A stretch of 64,000 nt of DNA, from NCBI RefSeq assembly GCF_009914755.1, contig NC_060931.1; one strand, written 5' to 3'. The notes beneath the pieces are model-generated. The model was not told where the DNA came from, searched no databases, and was given only the letters and a program-made list of their open reading frames with translations. A program made the translations under genes and the position numbers. Origin of the DNA: the human T2T-CHM13v2.0 reference genome, Homo sapiens. Shown here one piece after another: positions 53,850 through 64,000 of this stretch. Numbering within the stretch: position 1 is the first letter of the stretch; the number at the start of each line of letters is the position of its first letter.

Positions 53850-55310
53850 TATTCAATTCATTAAAAGATCCTCAGTGATGTGCCGGGCACTGTTCTAAGC
53901 ACTGGAGATGCAGCCATGAACAAGAGGACAGGCCATTGACCTTCTAGAGCTTACGTTCTAGTGGGGATGGCTAATCATCAATAGGATACAAAGACATAAC
54001 TTTGGGGAGTGAAGATGAAAGAGGGACCGAGTGTGTGTATGTGTGTATGTGGGTCAGGGGTGTTTTTTATAGAGAGTGCATCAGCAAAGGCCTCTCAGAT
54101 CTGAGAGATGAGAATGAAGTGGGCATTTGGAGCCCTTGATTACTGGGGGATGCACTTTCTCTACGTAGCACAGTGCCATCACACACCTGGTGTCTCCCTG
54201 CCCCTTTCTTCACTATACCCAGGGCAGGGAGACCTACTGATCTGATTGGTAGAGTTCGGGAGAATACACAAGATACCTTCAACTCTCCCCCTTGGGAGCA
54301 AGGTGCTCATGGGGTGCAGGACTTCTCCTCTGCTCTGAGTCTCATCTTGGTGAGACTGGCCTGTGCTGTGTGGTTGGGCTCAGGTCTGGCTGGAGAGGTT
54401 CCACTGGTTCTGGGGTACAAGATTCAGGCTACTCAGTGTTTACATCTAGCTCCACACTCCAACCTGGCCTTCATGACTCATGAAAGGGAGTAATAAGTGT
54501 CTTTTGCCATTTTGGTGGGTCTTGTTTCTCAAATTGGGAAGATAAGGGCTTTTATTGGAGCCCTTCCAAGACTCCAGCTTTGGAGAAGGAAGCTCCACAT
54601 GAATCGGAGAACGTGCAATGGTTCTGAGGTAGGAGGGAACTTGGCCCATTTGAAGATGAGAAAGAGGCCAAGTCTGGCCAGGACAGAGTGGTCAACTAGG
54701 AAAGTGTTAAGGAAGAAGAGAGAGGTGGGGCAGATGGATGGTCTCAGAGGTCTTGGGGTGGAGTTTTGTTTTAAGCCCATTTGGGAGGATTTTAAGCACA
54801 AGGGTGGCATAGTCTGGTTTCTTTTTTTTTTTTTTTTTTTTGAGCTGGAGTGCAGTGACCTGATCTTGGTCCACTGCAACCTCCGCCTCCCAAGTTCGAA
54901 CGATTCTCCTGACTCAGCCTCCTGAGTAGCTGAGACTACAGGTGCCCGCCACCATGCCTGGCTAATTTTTGTATTTTTAGTAGAGACAGGGTTTCACCAC
55001 CTTGGCCGGGCTGGTCTCGAACTCCTGACTTCAGGTGACTGCCCACCTCGGCCTCCCAAAGGGCTGGGATTACAGGTGTGAGCCACCATGCCCAGCCTGA
55101 TTTCTATTAAACAGAACAAAGCGGAAGGCGAGGAGACCAGTTAGGACAAGGCAGCAGTTTTCTAGGTATGATACAATGGCAGCTTGGAGAAGGTCTTAGT
55201 GAAGATGGAGAGAGAGGTTGCTGTATTCTGGAAGTAGACCCAAGAGGACTTGTTGAAAGGTTGGAAGCATTTGGGGAAAGAGGATTACAGAGAAAACCTA
55301 GGAAGTCAAA
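53850..55310 (-). mobile_element. L2 fragments, with AluS at 54820-55097
   Basis: ATGTGCCGGGCACTGTTCTAAGCACTGGAGATGCAG..GAGCTTACGTTCTAGTGGGGA; later L2 ORF2-like pieces. Confidence 0.7.
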
Positions 55311-55488
55311 GTGGGCCAGCTGTGCTGACTCACATCTCAGACTCAGTGCGGCTGGGGTGGCTGATCCAATGGCCAATGGAGAGGCACAAGGCTTGATGGG
55401 GAGCCCATGTACCAGGAGGACACAGGGTAAAGAGCCAGGAGGGAACCTGGCCAGCCCTAGTGTCTTAGTCTATTTTCTGTTGCTTATA

Positions 55489-55552
55489 TTAGGTTGGTGC
55501 AAAAGTAATTAAAAGTAATGGCAAAAACCACAATCACTTTTGCATCAACAAA
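55489..55552. mobile_element. MADE1 (Hsmar1-derived MITE), internally deleted
   Basis: TTAGGTTGGTGCAAAAGTAATT..AATCACTTTTGCATCAAC inverted repeats; TA TSD. Confidence 0.9.
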
Positions 55553-55562
55553 TAACAGAATA

Positions 55563-55856
<294 letters not shown>

Positions 55857-56017
55857 AATAACAGAATACTTGAAACTGGGTAATTTTCAAAGAAAATGAA
55901 TTTCTTATAGTCCTGAAGGCTGAGAAGTCAAAGTTCAAGGGGTACATCTGGTGAAGGCCTTCTTACTAGTGGGGACTCTCTGAACAGAGTCCCCAGGCAG
56001 TACAGGGCATCACACGA

Positions 56018-56771
<754 letters not shown>

Positions 56772-56950
56772 CATGGAAAGGGGGCTGATTGTGCTGACTC
56801 AGTTCTCTCTTCTTCTTCTTATAAAGCAAACAGTACCACTCCCATGATAGCCAATTCATCCAGTAGCCCACTATTCCTTTAATTCATTAATCCATTCATG
56901 GATTAATCCATTTGTGCAGGCAGAGCTGTCATGATCTGATCACCTCTTAA

Positions 56951-58073
<1,123 letters not shown>

Positions 58074-58304
58074 CTCCTTGGAGTCTTACACCAGCTTTGC
58101 TTTCCTCACTGAATGCTCCTTTCCGTTCTCTCCTCTTTACTTCTCATTTCGTCTTTCAAATTGTCAGAACAGCCTCTCTAAGAAATACAGGCGGAATCGC
58201 AGTTCTCCACCCAGAAAATCACTCAGTGCTGAGTTTTATAAATAATAATAAAAACTTCTTAGCATGACATTCAGGGACCTCTGTAATCCTTTCATGCTCT
58301 TCCA

Positions 58305-61050
<2,746 letters not shown>

Positions 61051-61319
61051 GGGCCACGCAGCCCCATCTTCCACATTTCTCCAGGCACCCAGGCTTCACA
61101 TACTGGCCACACGCTTTCACAACCTTGTTTCTTTCCTTCACTGTCCCATTGAACAGAAATGCCCTCACCCACTTCATCATCCTTCAAGGGCAGCTCAGAT
61201 AACACTTCCTGGATGAAGTTTCCCTGATCCTTTGGGGCAAAATGAATTATTCTCCCTGTGCACTCCCTCTGCACCCTGATTGGACCTCTAGTTAGCATGT
61301 TTTCCTCTCTGCTATATTA

Positions 61320-61622
61320 TTACTATTATTATTTTGAGACAGAATCTCACTCTGTTGCACAGGCTGGAGTGCAGTGGCATGATCTCAGCTCACTGCACTG
61401 CAATGTCTGCTTCCCAGGTTCAAGCAATTCTCGTGCCTCAATCTCCTGAGTAGCTGGGACTACAGGTGCAGGCCACCATACCAGGCTACTTTTTGTATTT
61501 TTAGTAGAGATGGGGTTTTCCCATGTTGGCCAGGCTGGTCTCGAACCCCTGACCTCAAATGATCTGTCCACCTCAGCCTCCCAAAGTGTTGGGATTACAG
61601 GCATGAGCCAGCGCACCCAGCC
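61320..61622 (-). mobile_element. AluS within an L2 relic
   Basis: TSD TCTGCTATATTAT. Confidence 0.95.
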
Positions 61623-62079
61623 TCTGCTATATTATTTAAGTCCATCTCCCCATCCCCACCAAGAGACTGTTAAATTCATCTTCCAACCTCCATTGCCTAG
61701 TGCATGGTCTAGCCCAGGGGAAGTTCTGAATAATTATGTTTGCCAAGTTACGTGTACACCTGAGAGATGGCCCAGGGGAGAGAGCCAGTCATGGCAGGGC
61801 AGCCACACCATGATTCTGTGTGGAGCATCAGCTTCTAGACCCATCAGGCTTGTTCTGAGTTTAAGTCAGGGACCTTCTGTTGAGGAGATCCTGCATATTG
61901 ATGTCAAAGCTGGTTCTGGTGTCCCAGATCCCAAGATTAAGGTAGATATGCAGAACCATGTCTGTGAAGCAGAATTGCCCCTGACTGACTCTGGAGTGAG
62001 GAAGTCGTGGAGAAAAACATGCTTAGTTACAGTTACCCTCGCTCAGCCTTGACTACAGCCTGACACTGCAGATTCACGG

Positions 62080-62830
62080 TCTCAACTTTAACATATCCAA
62101 AATATTCTGTTTCTCCCACCCAGTCTCACCATGGCCCAGCCTCTGCCTCCCCCAGTCTTCCCATTTCAAGACACAGCCCTCTTTGCTCAGGCTGAAAACC
62201 CCTCATGACCATTCCTCGACTCCTTTCCTGTGTTCACACCCCACACACCAGCCATCCTCAAGTCCCAGCAGCACCACCTTTGAATAAACCCTGAATCTGA
62301 CCACTTCTCCTCTTCTGCCCCAGCACCCGGGCCAAGCCACCACCATCTCATCCAGATAGTTGCAGAAGCTCCAGATCATTCTCTACTTCCACTTTCTTCT
62401 CTGTCATCCTGACCATCTGCACAATAGCTCAAGCGACCTTTCTGAAACACACATCAGGTTGCATCACTCTTGTGTGCGGACCCCTTCCAAGGGCCACCCA
62501 TAATCCTGGGGGTGAAATCCCAGCTCCATACTTGGTGTGAAGGCCCTGAGTGATGTGCCCTTTGGTCACCCCTTCCTCTCCTCATGGTCATTCCGGTGGC
62601 TCTCCAAGCTCCAGCCACACTGGCCTTCCCCTCTTTCTCAAGTATGCCAGCCTTGTTCCCATCTCCAGCAATTCTCACTGGCTGTTCCCCATCTTTGGAT
62701 GCTCTTCCTCCCATCTCATGATTGACTCTTTCAAAGAGGAGCTCTAGCCTCTGGTCACCCTCTCCCATTACCCTGCGTTTCTTTCCTCTGTGGTTCTTAT
62801 CCCTCCTAGAATTATGATATGTAACTATTG
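62080..62830 (+). mobile_element. L2 ORF2-derived relic
   Basis: CTCAACTTTAACATATCCAAAA, CTGAATCTGACCACTTCTC, CTCCAGCCACACTGGCCTTC. Confidence 0.75.
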
Positions 62831-62838
62831 GTGGACTT

Positions 62839-63750
62839 TGTAAACCAAAAATAAAATCCTAAGCTCCCCAAATGACTGAATGGACCCCCTCAAATCTTGG
62901 ACAGAGGAGTCCCAAAGAAAACCTGAAAACCTAGTTCAGGCCATGATGGGAAGGGAGGTTGGACACACCTCACACACTTCCATTTTGGAGTTTAGGTACA
63001 ACTGAACAGCATTAACAATAAAATAGAGACCATAAGACAAAAAAAGAAAAAGACTCTTTGTAGTAATAAGGTACCCAACTCCAACTTGACCCTGGTACAG
63101 TGTCACATGATACATAGCAGGCCCTGAAGGAAATCAAAGTATTTTACCCCCGAATATATTTGTCTGACATATTTTGGAATGGCCCTGCAAAGCTGTCTCT
63201 TGAGGGGGAAAATTTGCACTCTACAGAGACTCCCCTTCCCTTCCTGGGTCTATTCCTCATCCAGGAGAGATTGAACGAAGAGTCTGACACCTTTTGAGGT
63301 CTAATAAGATACAGTTACCATCAATTTTCTCTGAAGCCTGCTACTCAGAGTCTTCATCTACATAACAAGAACCTCAGCTTCCACAACTCTCCTTATCCTA
63401 GCTCAAGCGTTCTTTCTCCTGACTTCAACTCTTCAGGCAAAGCTTAACTCTTTCAACCAATTGCCAATCAGAATATCTTTGAATCCACCTATGACCTGTA
63501 AGCTTCTCCTACCCCCTTGAGATGTCCTGCCTTTCTCAGTGAACTAATGTATACCTTCCGTGCATTGATTTATGTCTTTGGCTCTAACTTCTGTCTCCCT
63601 AAAATGTATGAAACCAAGCTGTAACCCAACTACCTTGGGCACATGTTCTCAAGACCTCCTGAGGCTGTGTCATGGGCCATTTGGCTTAGAATGAAACTCT
63701 TCAGATATTTTACTGAGTTTAGATTTTTTATTTTTATTTTTTGGTCACCA
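62839..63750 (+). mobile_element. MER4D-like solo LTR (ERV1)
   Basis: TGTAAACCAAAAATAAAAT..GGTCACCA with perfect ACTT TSD. Confidence 0.85.
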
Positions 63751-64000
63751 ACTTGTTTGTTGTATGTCTCTTCCAGTAAAATGTCAAGTCCAGGAGACCA
63801 CAGACCATGTCTACCCAGGGCTGTGTTGGTGGTCCCTGGCACCTCTCCTGTCTGCAGCATGCTTTGCACTGGGTGTGGATTTGGGGAGGCAAGTGGCAGG
63901 AGGACCCTGTCTCACCTAAAGCAGTCAGGGAAAGAGGCAGTATAAGAACAACAAAACAGAGAAAAAAACCAAACAAACTAACAGCTGGGATCAGAAAAGA

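Noticed and set aside
61510-62052. 180-aa ORF
   Set aside because: Starts in an antisense Alu and runs through an L2 relic

Overview
Primate (human-like) intergenic DNA that is almost entirely transposable-element derived. I find no credible protein-coding exon, tRNA, rRNA or CRISPR array. The ORFs in the track are Alu, L1 or LTR read-through or low-complexity artefacts. Contents: about 55 Alu copies or fragments (J, S and Y ages), several decayed L1 blocks, L2 and MIR relics, MER5 and MADE1 DNA transposons, many MaLR LTRs (MLT1, MST, THE1D), and about 13 ERV1 solo LTRs (MER41A, four MER4, three LTR8, PABL, LTR15-like and others). Many elements are nested with readable target-site duplications (TSDs). 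Most notable: (i) a BC200/BCYRN1-type retrocopy split by a THE1D LTR; (ii) several locally templated insertions, including a 118-bp inverted copy and a 46-bp direct copy; (iii) an internally deleted MADE1 inside a five-element nest; (iv) LTRs carrying or lacking known TF motifs; (v) a few repeat-free islands that look like enhancers. Repeat subfamily names come from my recall of consensus sequences and need RepeatMasker/Dfam confirmation. Boundaries without a stated TSD are approximate. I cannot support a novel protein-based system here.
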